Shown here in pieces: positions 49,669 to 59,284 of a stretch of 64,000 nt of DNA (position 1 is the first letter of the stretch; every line of letters starts with the position of its first letter). The DNA comes from an uncultured Dehalococcoidia bacterium. GTDB taxonomy: Bacteria > Chloroflexota > Dehalococcoidia > Lucifugimonadales > GCA-2712585. Location of the stretch: contig CAZPLA010000041.1 in assembly GCA_964587385.1 (NCBI GenBank), forward strand, positions 43,289 through 107,288, written 5' to 3'. The translations under genes were made by a program, and so were the position numbers. Below the pieces are notes generated by a model that had not been told where the DNA came from, did not search any database, and saw only the letters and a list, made by a program, of their open reading frames with translations.

Positions 49669-51123
49669 ATGATAGAGAAAAATCCTGAGAACATCGAGCG
49701 CCATGGAGGCAATCCAGATAGGGCCTGCCCATATTGTAATGCTCCCTCTCAACAGGTCGGACTAAATTGCACTGTGTGTAATAAAACTATTTCCAGTGTT
49801 TTACCGTCCTATGCTGAAAAGGCACACATAGTAAATATTTTAAGCCGAAAGTGGTTTTATCAAATGACTCCTGTCAGATGGATATTATTCACTTTTTTGT
49901 TGTTGATGGCAGCAACATACGTTTGGCAATCCCAGATAATTCCAAACCCCGTTATATTGATTGCCAATCACCCCACAACAGAACTTTCTTCTGCCTCTAA
50001 AGCAGGAGAGTGGAGCATGTCCAGCTCGAATATGCAAAGAACCAGAAATGTTACGGAATTTAACCTACAGCCTTCTGGCAAACTTTTATGGTCTACCGAT
50101 GAGGAATTGCTTTCAGGAATATCACTTCCTTCGATAGTTGATAATACTGTGTTCGTAGGAAGCAATTTTGAGTTTTTTGCCATTGATGCGAATACCGGGA
50201 AAATACAATGGTCCCAAGATATGCCAGGGCATATCAATTCGTCTCCTGCAATTAGTAACGATATAGTATATTTCGGTTCAACAGATAATCATGTATATGC
50301 TATTGATAGATTTACAGGAGAAACCCACTGGAGGTATCAAACAAGCAGTCTAACCTCTGGTGCACCTCTTGTATCTAACGGGTTCCTTTTCATAGGGTCT
50401 GGAGACGAGCATATGTATGCTCTCGATGCGGCAACAGGAAAGCTTTTGTGGAAATACTTTACCGGCATGCACATTTCTTCAGCCCCATCACTGCAAGATG
50501 GCATCTTATATTTTACTACCCCAAATGCATTGTTCTCCGTTAATTATCGAACTGGCCAAGGCAGAATGCATTTTCGGACTTATAATATTGACAACTACGA
50601 GCCTCCAGTTCTTGCAAACGGGCTTGTATACATGGATAAAAGCGGAACCCTGCAGGCATCGAAATCCGGTTTAAGAGAATGGCCTGCCCGTCATAGATTT
50701 GAAACTATTTGGCGAATTTTATGGGTACATCGCTGGAGCCTACCTAAACCTCCAGCGCAAAGTGGAACTATGTGGCGCTTTTATCCGGATAATAAAAATG
50801 CTTGGATATCATCCGTTCCAGCAGTCACCGAATCTGGGTTCTACGTCGGAGATTCAGACGGAAAATTCTACGCACGTCATCCGACAGATACTTCAGAAAT
50901 CTGGACATTCCAAGCCAAAGGAGAAATCAGAAGCAGCCCAATTATTGTAGGCAACATTGTTTACTTTGGAACTACCGATGGTAATGTATATGCTTTAGAC
51001 ACCCGAACAGGAGAAAGACTCTGGGATCTAAATTTAGGCTCCCCAATAAGGTTGGCTCCATCATTCGCTGAAGATAAGTTGTTTTTCCGAACAGACGATG
51101 GAAGGCTTCATGCTATCCATTAA
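49669..51123 (+). CDS. membrane-anchored PQQ-like beta-propeller repeat protein with N-terminal zinc ribbon
   Basis: CPYC...CTVC, a TM helix, and repeated 'YALD..TG...W' BamB/PQQ-type blades. Confidence 0.82.
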   Translation: MIEKNPENIERHGGNPDRACPYCNAPSQQVGLNCTVCNKTISSVLPSYAEKAHIVNILSRKWFYQMTPVRWILFTFLLLMAATYVWQSQIIPNPVILIANHPTTELSSASKAGEWSMSSSNMQRTRNVTEFNLQPSGKLLWSTDEELLSGISLPSIVDNTVFVGSNFEFFAIDANTGKIQWSQDMPGHINSSPAISNDIVYFGSTDNHVYAIDRFTGETHWRYQTSSLTSGAPLVSNGFLFIGSGDEHMYALDAATGKLLWKYFTGMHISSAPSLQDGILYFTTPNALFSVNYRTGQGRMHFRTYNIDNYEPPVLANGLVYMDKSGTLQASKSGLREWPARHRFETIWRILWVHRWSLPKPPAQSGTMWRFYPDNKNAWISSVPAVTESGFYVGDSDGKFYARHPTDTSEIWTFQAKGEIRSSPIIVGNIVYFGTTDGNVYALDTRTGERLWDLNLGSPIRLAPSFAEDKLFFRTDDGRLHAIH

Positions 51124-51164
51124 ATAGCCAAATTAGATGTTATGGCAACCAGCTGGCCTACGTC

Positions 51165-51872
51165 CTATTCAATGGATATTCTTAGCCTCTTGTTAATTCG
51201 ACCTTTACTTTCATGACCAGTTATATAAATTTGTCCTATTTCCTTAGTATTGGAAACATGAGTTCCACCATCTGCCTGAACATCTAGTCCATCAATATCA
51301 ACAATTCGAACTTCATTTATTCCTACAGGCAACAAATTTATCTTAGTCCTAATAAGATCCGGCATACCAAAGGCTATTTCACGAGGCAGGATGCTAACAC
51401 CAACAGGACGTTCTCTAGAAACTTCGTGGTTTATCTTTTTTTCAATCTCGCTTACAAAATTCACATCTATACTTTCCAATTCAAAATCCATGCGTGCTGA
51501 AAGTGGTTTCATGTCACCGCCAGTAACCTTTGCCCCATAATCACGCCAAACCACTCCACATAGTATGTGCAACGCCGTATGAGTTCTCATAAGCTGGTAT
51601 CGCCTTTCCCAATCTATTTTCCCCTTTATCTTATCTCCCACGGAGAATGGCTCTACAGAGGTGCAATGCACCATTAAGCCGTCACGACTAATAACCTTAT
51701 CAACGAAGTATGATTGTCCGTTATGCTCTACAAATCCCACATCACATGGTTGCCCCCCTCCTCCAGGATAAAATGCAGACTGATCTAGTACTATGCCATT
51801 ATCCATAACTCCTACTACTTCAGCTTCAAACTCTTTCAAATAGCTATCCGTATGGCACAGTATTGTGGTCAT
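51165..51872 (-). CDS. alaX: AlaX-type trans-editing enzyme (alanyl-tRNA editing protein)
   Basis: 'FYPGGGGQP.D.G', 'MRTHTALHIL', 'ADGGTHV.NT.EIG'. Confidence 0.9.
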   Translation of the reverse strand: MTTILCHTDSYLKEFEAEVVGVMDNGIVLDQSAFYPGGGGQPCDVGFVEHNGQSYFVDKVISRDGLMVHCTSVEPFSVGDKIKGKIDWERRYQLMRTHTALHILCGVVWRDYGAKVTGGDMKPLSARMDFELESIDVNFVSEIEKKINHEVSRERPVGVSILPREIAFGMPDLIRTKINLLPVGINEVRIVDIDGLDVQADGGTHVSNTKEIGQIYITGHESKGRINKRLRISIE

Positions 51873-51999
51873 TTATACCTTCCTTCGTTTTTATTCAAAT
51901 TATGGTCAAGCCAAAGTGTTGAAACCAAGATTGTTCTGACGCTTGCCCGCTAATATTACCAGTGCTAATCTTACTGTCACATTAAACAAGGAAGCAACT

Positions 52000-53220
52000 A
52001 TGTCCAAGCCTTCTTTAGCTTATGAAAAATGGACGCCAAGTAAAACATCCGAAAGGCAAAATATCGGCATAATAGGTGCCGGATTAATAGGACTCAGCAC
52101 AGCCTATGCTACGGCCATTCAGGGAGGCGGTCGAATCAAGGTAAGTCTTTATGAATCATCAAATGTGGGCCACTCTGAAGCAGCGTCTACAGATATTAAT
52201 CGCGTATTTAGACATCTGCACGGACCCGACCCAATAATGACTACTTGGGCTAAAGAAGCATCAAACTTATGGGCTCATTTATCTGCCGAATCTGGAAATG
52301 CTCTCCTGCAAAAAACTGGCGTCCTTTTTTTGGTTCACAAAGGGACTGATCCTTCTTATATAGGGAATCATGTGTGGCCGTATTCTAACGCTGGAGACTG
52401 GGTTGAAGATTCTATACGCATCCTAGACGATCAAAAGGTACCTTACCGCAGATTAACTCCTAAACAGATATCACGCGAATTTCCACAATTCAAGAGTACT
52501 GTAATAGAGGAAGCAATTATTGATGAACAAGCTGGATTTGTTGAAGCAAGCACAGCGATCAGATCTTTGCTTTCACTTTGTTTACGCGCAGGGGTCAAAT
52601 ATTATCCAAACACTACCGTGACACGAATAGACCCAACCAACAACGGTTGTATGATTCAGTTTAGTGACGGAACCGAAGCGCATAGAGATGCAGTAGTAGT
52701 AGCAACTAACGGTTGGACATCCGAATTAATCCACCTGCCTTCGGATACCTTAACTCTATCCGAACAACCAGTAGTTTATCTTTCACCAATTGACGAATCT
52801 CACTCTCTTGAACAGGGTCATTTCCCAGTGTTCATATCCTTGAACACAGACTGCTATGGCTTCCCAATACACTCAGGTGTTATGAAAATCGCTAATGATA
52901 ACCCTTATCGAATTATAAACCATCCCAGCGAAAGACAAACCCCTTCCAAAGATTATGTTAAGCAAGTGATTCATACTGTGGCGAATTTCATACCTGTTTT
53001 ACAATCGGCAAAAGTAGCTGACTATCACGTATGCTTCTACGACCGCTCAAAAGATGGGAATTTTATATTAGATTCTTGGGATAGCGATGCAAGGATCGTT
53101 TTTGGGTGTGGAATGAGTGGTCGAGCGTTTAAATTCGGTCCGGTAATAGGACAAAGACTCGCACAATTCGCTATGAGTGGGCAAAAGCCGAAGGATATAA
53201 ATGATTTCCAGATTCGCTAA
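52000..53220 (+). CDS. FAD-dependent amine oxidase (monomeric sarcosine oxidase / fructosyl-amine oxidase-like)
   Basis: GAGLIG Rossmann motif, 'ASTDINRVFRH', 'VCFYD.S.DGNFI', 'SGRAFKFGP'; start ATG 52000. Confidence 0.8.
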   Translation: MSKPSLAYEKWTPSKTSERQNIGIIGAGLIGLSTAYATAIQGGGRIKVSLYESSNVGHSEAASTDINRVFRHLHGPDPIMTTWAKEASNLWAHLSAESGNALLQKTGVLFLVHKGTDPSYIGNHVWPYSNAGDWVEDSIRILDDQKVPYRRLTPKQISREFPQFKSTVIEEAIIDEQAGFVEASTAIRSLLSLCLRAGVKYYPNTTVTRIDPTNNGCMIQFSDGTEAHRDAVVVATNGWTSELIHLPSDTLTLSEQPVVYLSPIDESHSLEQGHFPVFISLNTDCYGFPIHSGVMKIANDNPYRIINHPSERQTPSKDYVKQVIHTVANFIPVLQSAKVADYHVCFYDRSKDGNFILDSWDSDARIVFGCGMSGRAFKFGPVIGQRLAQFAMSGQKPKDINDFQIR

Positions 53221-53234
53221 TTAAATGTTTGGCG

Positions 53235-54401
53235 TCATGCAAGTACTTTAAGACGATACTTGGACCCCAATGTATTTCCGTTCTCAAATCTTGATAATCG
53301 CAGTGACGATATATCCAGAGAAGTCGCAGTTCCTTCGGTAATGAGTTCAGCCATGCATAAACCAACCATTGGAGAAAGTTTAAATCCATGCCCACTAAAA
53401 CCAATTGAGCAGTACAAGCCATCAATGTCGGGGATTTTATCCAATATAGGATGCCAATCAGGAGTAACAGTAAACAATCCTGCCCATCCACCTCTGAAAT
53501 AACCTTCGCTCATAGCAGGTATGCGTTTTATCAGTTTCCCTATAGCTTCTTCCGCCGTGTTTTCATCAACTCCTTGGTTATAGCTATCCAAATCGTCCAA
53601 GTCCTCCCTTATGCCAATAAGTGTAAGGTCAACAGAATCAGGTCTGAAAGAAAATCCTTGTATTACATCTCCTACAGCCGGATGTGACAATGCTAATTGA
53701 GGAGGCCTATGGACCATAATAATTTGGTGTCTATATGTCTCTAAGGGCACATCAATTCCTAATCCACCCAATACCTTAGAAGACCACGGCCCAGCAGCTA
53801 TGATCACATTGGATGTTTCAACAACTCCTTCGTTAGTGACAACGGCTTTTACTCTACCGTTTGATACAATAATTTTAGTTATCTCATTGCCAACATAAAT
53901 TTCCGCTCCTAAATCTCTAGCAGCTTGAGAGTATCCCATGCTAACTAGATATGGATCGGCGTACCCAGATTGTGGTTCATATGCAATGCCAACAGCATCA
54001 TCAGCATTCAACATGGGAGCAATCTCTCTTAACTCTTCTCGATTAACCTCAGATGTTTCAACCCCTAATTGTTTTTGCATATCAACATTATCTTTCAAAG
54101 CTTGGGAGTCCTCTCTATCAGTCAACACTACGTATCCTGTTTTGACATACCCAGAAACATGACCCAATATCTGTTCAAAGTTCTGAAATATATTCAAGCT
54201 CTCCCATGCCATACTTGTAGTAACAGGATTCGAATAGTGCATTCTAAGGATGGCTTGAGACTTTCCTGTCGACCCAGAACATAAAACATCCTTTTCAAAA
54301 AGAAGGACATCTCTCATCCCTTTATTAGCTAAATTATATAAAATGCTACACCCCATCACTCCACCACCGATAATTACAGCCTCTGCATTTTTTTTGACCA
54401 T
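53235..54401 (-). CDS. FAD-dependent oxidoreductase (sarcosine oxidase beta / DadA family)
   Basis: 'IIGGGVMG', 'GSTGKS', 'TPDWHPIL', 'GFSGHGFKLSP'. Confidence 0.88.
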   Translation of the reverse strand: MVKKNAEAVIIGGGVMGCSILYNLANKGMRDVLLFEKDVLCSGSTGKSQAILRMHYSNPVTTSMAWESLNIFQNFEQILGHVSGYVKTGYVVLTDREDSQALKDNVDMQKQLGVETSEVNREELREIAPMLNADDAVGIAYEPQSGYADPYLVSMGYSQAARDLGAEIYVGNEITKIIVSNGRVKAVVTNEGVVETSNVIIAAGPWSSKVLGGLGIDVPLETYRHQIIMVHRPPQLALSHPAVGDVIQGFSFRPDSVDLTLIGIREDLDDLDSYNQGVDENTAEEAIGKLIKRIPAMSEGYFRGGWAGLFTVTPDWHPILDKIPDIDGLYCSIGFSGHGFKLSPMVGLCMAELITEGTATSLDISSLRLSRFENGNTLGSKYRLKVLA

Positions 54402-54410
54402 GCCAATCCT

Positions 54411-55526
54411 CTAACTAATTAAAGCTTCTTTTATCTCTTTAAGCACTTTGCCATCTGTTTCTTCAATTAAAGAGTCTTCCAATATTTTAATTGCATGCTT
54501 GCCTTTCAATTGACCCAAAGCCCAAGCTGCATGAGACCTGACAATGCTAGAAGAATTGCGTAATGCTATCCCTAAAGTTTTCACAACCGTCCTATCGCCC
54601 GTATTTCCTAAAGCTACACATGCATTCCTTTGGAGTCCTTCTAATTTAGCCCGCTTTATTGGGCTATTACTAAATCTCACACTAAATTCTTCTTGGCTCA
54701 TTTCAAGCAACCCGGTAAGCTCAATATTGGTGAATCGTTTTTTCTTAAATGCCTGTTCTTTGGAGTACATTGAGTTAACATTAACTGGACAGACATCCTG
54801 GCAAATATCACATCCAAAAACCCAATCAGACATTAACGGGCGCAACCATCTGGGAATCTCTCCTCTGTTTTCTATTGTTAGAAAAGAAATACACTTTTTG
54901 TTATCAATCACAAAAGGTGCCACTATGGCTGAGGTAGGGCAATCTGCAATACAACGAGTACAGTTACCACAAGTTTTCTTCAATGGAACATCTGGCACTA
55001 GTTCCAAGTCTGTAATTACTTGACCCAAGAAAATCCATGAGCCATATTCTGGATTAATAATGTTGGTATTTTTACCAAACCACCCTACCCCAGATCGTTG
55101 TGCTACGGCTCTGTCTAGCATAGGACCGTCATCAACGTACCAACGAGCACTAATATTTCTGTTTAATCTTTCAGAAATTCCTTCCACAAATAATTTCAGT
55201 CGTTTTTTCATGACTTTGTGGTAATCATCACCCCAGGCATAACGAGCTACCTTTCCATTCAAAGAGTTTTTCTCATCTTCAGATGGAACAAAATAGCTTA
55301 ATCCTACTGAAATTATAGATTTAGCTCCCGGCAAGAGTTTATTTGGATCCATCCCTCTTTTCACACGCGAAGGAGTGAACCAAGGTAATCCATCCATGAA
55401 TCCTTGTTCAATACGCTTCAAAGTAACTGATCCATGGTCTCGAAATGTTTCAGCAGAAGCAATACCGACTAAATCAAAGCCAATTTCACGAGCATAATCT
55501 TTTACTGTCTGCTTCACGTAATCCAT
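54411..55526 (-). CDS. queG: epoxyqueuosine reductase
   Basis: 'ARYAWGDDYH', 'VDDGP', 'GWFGKN', Fe-S motifs 'CGNCTRCIADCPT' and 'GCDICQDVCP', C-terminal HEAT-like repeats. Confidence 0.95.
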   Translation of the reverse strand: MDYVKQTVKDYAREIGFDLVGIASAETFRDHGSVTLKRIEQGFMDGLPWFTPSRVKRGMDPNKLLPGAKSIISVGLSYFVPSEDEKNSLNGKVARYAWGDDYHKVMKKRLKLFVEGISERLNRNISARWYVDDGPMLDRAVAQRSGVGWFGKNTNIINPEYGSWIFLGQVITDLELVPDVPLKKTCGNCTRCIADCPTSAIVAPFVIDNKKCISFLTIENRGEIPRWLRPLMSDWVFGCDICQDVCPVNVNSMYSKEQAFKKKRFTNIELTGLLEMSQEEFSVRFSNSPIKRAKLEGLQRNACVALGNTGDRTVVKTLGIALRNSSSIVRSHAAWALGQLKGKHAIKILEDSLIEETDGKVLKEIKEALIS

Positions 55527-55652
55527 TGCTAATAGTCTAACAAATCTTTACTTGATAGAGACCTTCATCAAAAAAATTAAAGCTAGAAACGACTCATTCT
55601 TCCGCTAACATCCAAACCGTTCTAAATGAATCTACCTAAGCGTAATCCAAAA

Positions 55653-56303
55653 TCATGCTGATTCTTTTACGGCCGCCCATAGGATGAGGAATCCAGTTAC
55701 GGCTGTCGTGAGAGGAAAGCCCACGAAACCAAGGAACCATATCCCGCCGGCCCAGTTATCACCTTGAGAAAACATACCGCCGAATAAAACACACGCTCCG
55801 AAGAATGCGAAGAGTCCACCAACTATCGGGCTCAGGTTTCTTTGCCTAACTATTGCTAAGCCTAGAAACAACATGACTATACCATCAAACATGAATATAC
55901 TTCTTATAATCGCTTCGCTTAGAGCGAATGCAGCAAGAACGTCACCACCCGATGTCGCCCAACTGCTCTCTTTTTCTGTTACAGTAATATCAATACCCGT
56001 TGATATCATAGCAATTCCTGCTATAAGTAAAGCAAAGATTGATGCCAATCCTGCAAGATCAGAACCTGGTTTATTTTCCCCTTGCATGGAACGAGCTAAG
56101 GAATGAATTCCGATAAAAATAATCATAATAGCCACAAACCATAACACCATACTAGCCGAAGCCATTGCATAATTCTGAGACATCTCTTGCAGTTCTTGTG
56201 CGAATGTCTGATCAGAACCACCTGGCTCAAATAACATCAGCGAAAAGAACGCCAGAAAAGGTCCGACTAACAAAAATGATCCTATCAATTTCTTTGATAA
56301 CAT
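55653..56303 (-). CDS. hypothetical polytopic membrane protein
   Basis: About 6 hydrophobic helices; ATG 56303 behind AAGGAG. Confidence 0.7.
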   Translation of the reverse strand: MLSKKLIGSFLLVGPFLAFFSLMLFEPGGSDQTFAQELQEMSQNYAMASASMVLWFVAIMIIFIGIHSLARSMQGENKPGSDLAGLASIFALLIAGIAMISTGIDITVTEKESSWATSGGDVLAAFALSEAIIRSIFMFDGIVMLFLGLAIVRQRNLSPIVGGLFAFFGACVLFGGMFSQGDNWAGGIWFLGFVGFPLTTAVTGFLILWAAVKESA

Positions 56304-56392
56304 TATTTTTCTCCTTAACAACTAGTCCATTATCTAAAGTGCGCTGACAATGTATGTTTACAATGTACCACATTATGATTAATAAACGGTTC

Positions 56393-56421
56393 TTGACATG
56401 ATATTGGGGACTCCTTACCAT
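56393..56421 (+). promoter_or_regulatory. sigma70-type promoter of the gcv operon
   Basis: TTGACA, 17-nt spacer, TACCAT, about 40 nt before the gcvT start. Confidence 0.6.
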
Positions 56422-56463
56422 CCGTATGAAAGCTAGCACCACATACTTCCACAGGAGTAACCA

Positions 56464-57558
56464 TTGTCCGAAGAATTAAAGCAGACAGCACTATATGATT
56501 CCCATCTATCTCTAAACGCCAGAATGGTTCCATTCGCAGGATGGATGATGCCTGTTCAATACAGTGGCATTCTAAATGAAGTTCGATCTGTTCGAACGAA
56601 TGGAGGTATTTTTGATGTATCTCACATGGGACGTTTATATATATCCGGTACCGAAGCAACACAGCTATTAGATTGGTTATTAACCGGTCATATTGCAAAA
56701 TTGAAACCGGGCAGAGCACGGTATTCTCTAATGTGTAACGAAGCAGGAGGAGTTATTGACGACACGGTGACTTATCGTTTGTCTGAAAACAAATATTTAC
56801 TCATCTGTAATGCATCAAATAGAAGCGCTGTTACCGACTGGATAAATTGGTGGATTAAAAACAAATATTCGTCTACCCAAATTGAAGACGCAACTCTTAA
56901 CACCTCAATGATTGCGGTACAGGGGCCTTATGCCGCAAGCCTGATGGACTCACTATGCCTTGAACCCCCTTCATCCTTAAAATTCTTTTCCAGCATGGAC
57001 AATAATATCAACGGCAAAGATATATTCATTGGCAGAACTGGATATACGGGTGAAGATGGTTTTGAGATAGTTGTTGATTCTTTAAACGCCCCAGAAATAT
57101 GGAACACCCTTGTGGAAAATGGGATGGTCCCATGCGGACTAGGATCGAGGGATATACTACGGCTAGAAGCTTCATTGCCATTACATGGATCTGATATAAC
57201 CCCTGAGATATCACCCCTAGAAGCCGGACTAAATAGGTTCGTTAAACTAGATAAGGATTTTGTGGGGTCCGACATTTTGAAGGCCCAGGATGCTAATGGA
57301 GTTGAAAAAAAGTTAATAGGCCTTATCGTACAAGGGCGCAATTTACCACGCCATAATTACTCTATCAATTCCAATGGTACAGTTGTTGGAATCGTCACAA
57401 GTGGGGCATATTCTCCTACCCTTGACAGGAATATAGCCATGGGATATGTTTCCCCTGAACATTCGACTCCTCTGATGAAATTAGAAGTTGATATTAGAGG
57501 TCGAATCGCAGAAGCTGAGGTAACTGCACTACCTTTCTATTCTAGGAAACGTGACTAA
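56464..57558 (+). CDS. gcvT: glycine cleavage system aminomethyltransferase T
   Basis: 'FAGW.MPVQY', 'FDVSHMG', 'RTGYTGEDGFE', 'GLG.RD.LRLEA'. Confidence 0.97.
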   Translation: MSEELKQTALYDSHLSLNARMVPFAGWMMPVQYSGILNEVRSVRTNGGIFDVSHMGRLYISGTEATQLLDWLLTGHIAKLKPGRARYSLMCNEAGGVIDDTVTYRLSENKYLLICNASNRSAVTDWINWWIKNKYSSTQIEDATLNTSMIAVQGPYAASLMDSLCLEPPSSLKFFSSMDNNINGKDIFIGRTGYTGEDGFEIVVDSLNAPEIWNTLVENGMVPCGLGSRDILRLEASLPLHGSDITPEISPLEAGLNRFVKLDKDFVGSDILKAQDANGVEKKLIGLIVQGRNLPRHNYSINSNGTVVGIVTSGAYSPTLDRNIAMGYVSPEHSTPLMKLEVDIRGRIAEAEVTALPFYSRKRD

Positions 57559-57950
57559 TGAATCCATCTGACCGCAAATACTCCAAACAACACGAATGGG
57601 CAAAACTCGATCAAGACGGCACCGTAATTGCAGGAATCACAGCCTTCGCCCAAGAACAACTAGGCGATATAGTGTTTATTGACTTGCCAAGTCCTGGAAC
57701 AACGGTAAAACAATTTGAGAAATTAGGTGAAGTTGAATCTGTTAAAGCTGTATCGGATATATATTCTCCAATAAGTGGAGAGGTGACTATCCTAAACCAA
57801 ATAGCAGTTGACTCTCCAGAAACAATAAACCAGGATCCATTTGAGCAAGGGTGGATGGTTAAAATAAAGCCCACCAACCTATCCCAAGAGATGGATAATT
57901 TGTTGTCTAGTGACTCTTACGACACCTTTATAGAATCTGAGGCTCACTAA
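57558..57950 (+). CDS. gcvH: glycine cleavage system H protein
   Basis: 'HEW', 'GIT.FAQEQLGDIVF', lipoyl-Lys motif 'VESVKAVSDIYSP'. Confidence 0.97.
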   Translation: MNPSDRKYSKQHEWAKLDQDGTVIAGITAFAQEQLGDIVFIDLPSPGTTVKQFEKLGEVESVKAVSDIYSPISGEVTILNQIAVDSPETINQDPFEQGWMVKIKPTNLSQEMDNLLSSDSYDTFIESEAH

Positions 57951-57952
57951 CA

Positions 57953-59284
57953 TTGGAACCCTCTACTCCGGCATACTTCCAATCTCACTATATGCCTAAT
58001 ACGCCATCTCAAAGGCGTAACATGCTTGATTCCATTGGCATTAAATCTATCGAAGAGTTATTCAATGACATCCCAGAAGCTCATAGAAATCCTACTTTAA
58101 AAATTCCACCTCCAATGCCAGAATTGGATTTGCGCAATGAATTACTGTCTTTATCATCCAATAATAACAGTGTGGCAGAGAGTTCATGTTTCTTAGGGGC
58201 AGGAGTTTACAATCACTTTATTCCTAGTATTGTGATCCCATTAATAACTCGCGGAGAATTTCTAACCTCATACACTCCGTACCAAGCAGAAGCGAGCCAA
58301 GGAACACTCCAAGTGGCTTATGAATTCCAAACAATGGTCTGTAACCTCATGGGGATGGATGTTGCTAACGACGGCATGTACGAAGGAGCAACAAGTGTTG
58401 CAGAAGCAGCTCTTATGGCTTGTAGAATCACTGGTAGAGATGGCATCGGCATTCTTAACACAATGTCCCCTAGCTACCGAGAAGTTGTAGAAACATACAC
58501 CAAACCACAAGGGCTAAAGATTCACCTTTTGGACCCGGATAATCTCGTTATTCCCGAAGAAACTGCCTGTGTTTTAGCGCAATATCCCAATTTTTTTGGG
58601 TATATAGAAGACCTTAGTTATTACAAAAGGACATGTGATGAATCAGGAGCGTTACTCGTAGTGTCCACAGACCCGGTAGCTATGGGTATGTTCCAATCAC
58701 CAGGAGCTTTAGGAGCTGACATAGTGACCGGGGAAGGACAAGGTTTAGGTATACCAATGAGCTTCGGCGGACCTTATATAGGTCTTTTTGCTACAAAAGA
58801 TAAGTTTGTAAGACAGATGCCAGGACGAATAGTAGGGAAAACCATTGACGCAAACAATGACCCTGGGTATGTGCTAACCCTCCAACCTCGGGAGCAACAT
58901 ATCAGGCGAGAAAAAGCTACAAGCAATATATGTACTAGCCAAGCCTTATTAGCTTTGGCATCTACAATAACCATAGCCGCTTTAGGAAAGCATGGCCTAA
59001 GACAGATGGCTGAGCTCTGCTACCATAAAGCTCACTACGCTGCTTCCCTAATTCAAAACTTAGATGGCTACTCCCTGCCCATCGACGGAACATTCTTCAA
59101 GGAAATGACAGTTAAGTGTCCAGTAAGCCCATCCATCATTAATGAAAGGCTTTTAGAGGACGGAATAATAGGAGGTTTGGATATTAGTCATATAATGCCA
59201 GACTGTATGCTTTTATGCGTAACGGAAATGAATAGCAAAGCAGAAATAGAATCCTTAGTAGAAATTCTAGCCGAGTTCAAATAA
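57953..59284 (+). CDS. gcvPA: glycine dehydrogenase (decarboxylating) subunit 1
   Basis: 'FLGAG.Y.H', 'TSYTPYQ.E.SQG.LQ', 'REQHIRREKATSNICT'. Confidence 0.97.
   Translation: MEPSTPAYFQSHYMPNTPSQRRNMLDSIGIKSIEELFNDIPEAHRNPTLKIPPPMPELDLRNELLSLSSNNNSVAESSCFLGAGVYNHFIPSIVIPLITRGEFLTSYTPYQAEASQGTLQVAYEFQTMVCNLMGMDVANDGMYEGATSVAEAALMACRITGRDGIGILNTMSPSYREVVETYTKPQGLKIHLLDPDNLVIPEETACVLAQYPNFFGYIEDLSYYKRTCDESGALLVVSTDPVAMGMFQSPGALGADIVTGEGQGLGIPMSFGGPYIGLFATKDKFVRQMPGRIVGKTIDANNDPGYVLTLQPREQHIRREKATSNICTSQALLALASTITIAALGKHGLRQMAELCYHKAHYAASLIQNLDGYSLPIDGTFFKEMTVKCPVSPSIINERLLEDGIIGGLDISHIMPDCMLLCVTEMNSKAEIESLVEILAEFK

Noticed and set aside
56322..56463. Glycine riboswitch upstream of gcvT
   Set aside because: No glycine aptamer motifs are visible, and the predicted promoter leaves only about 35 nt of leader.
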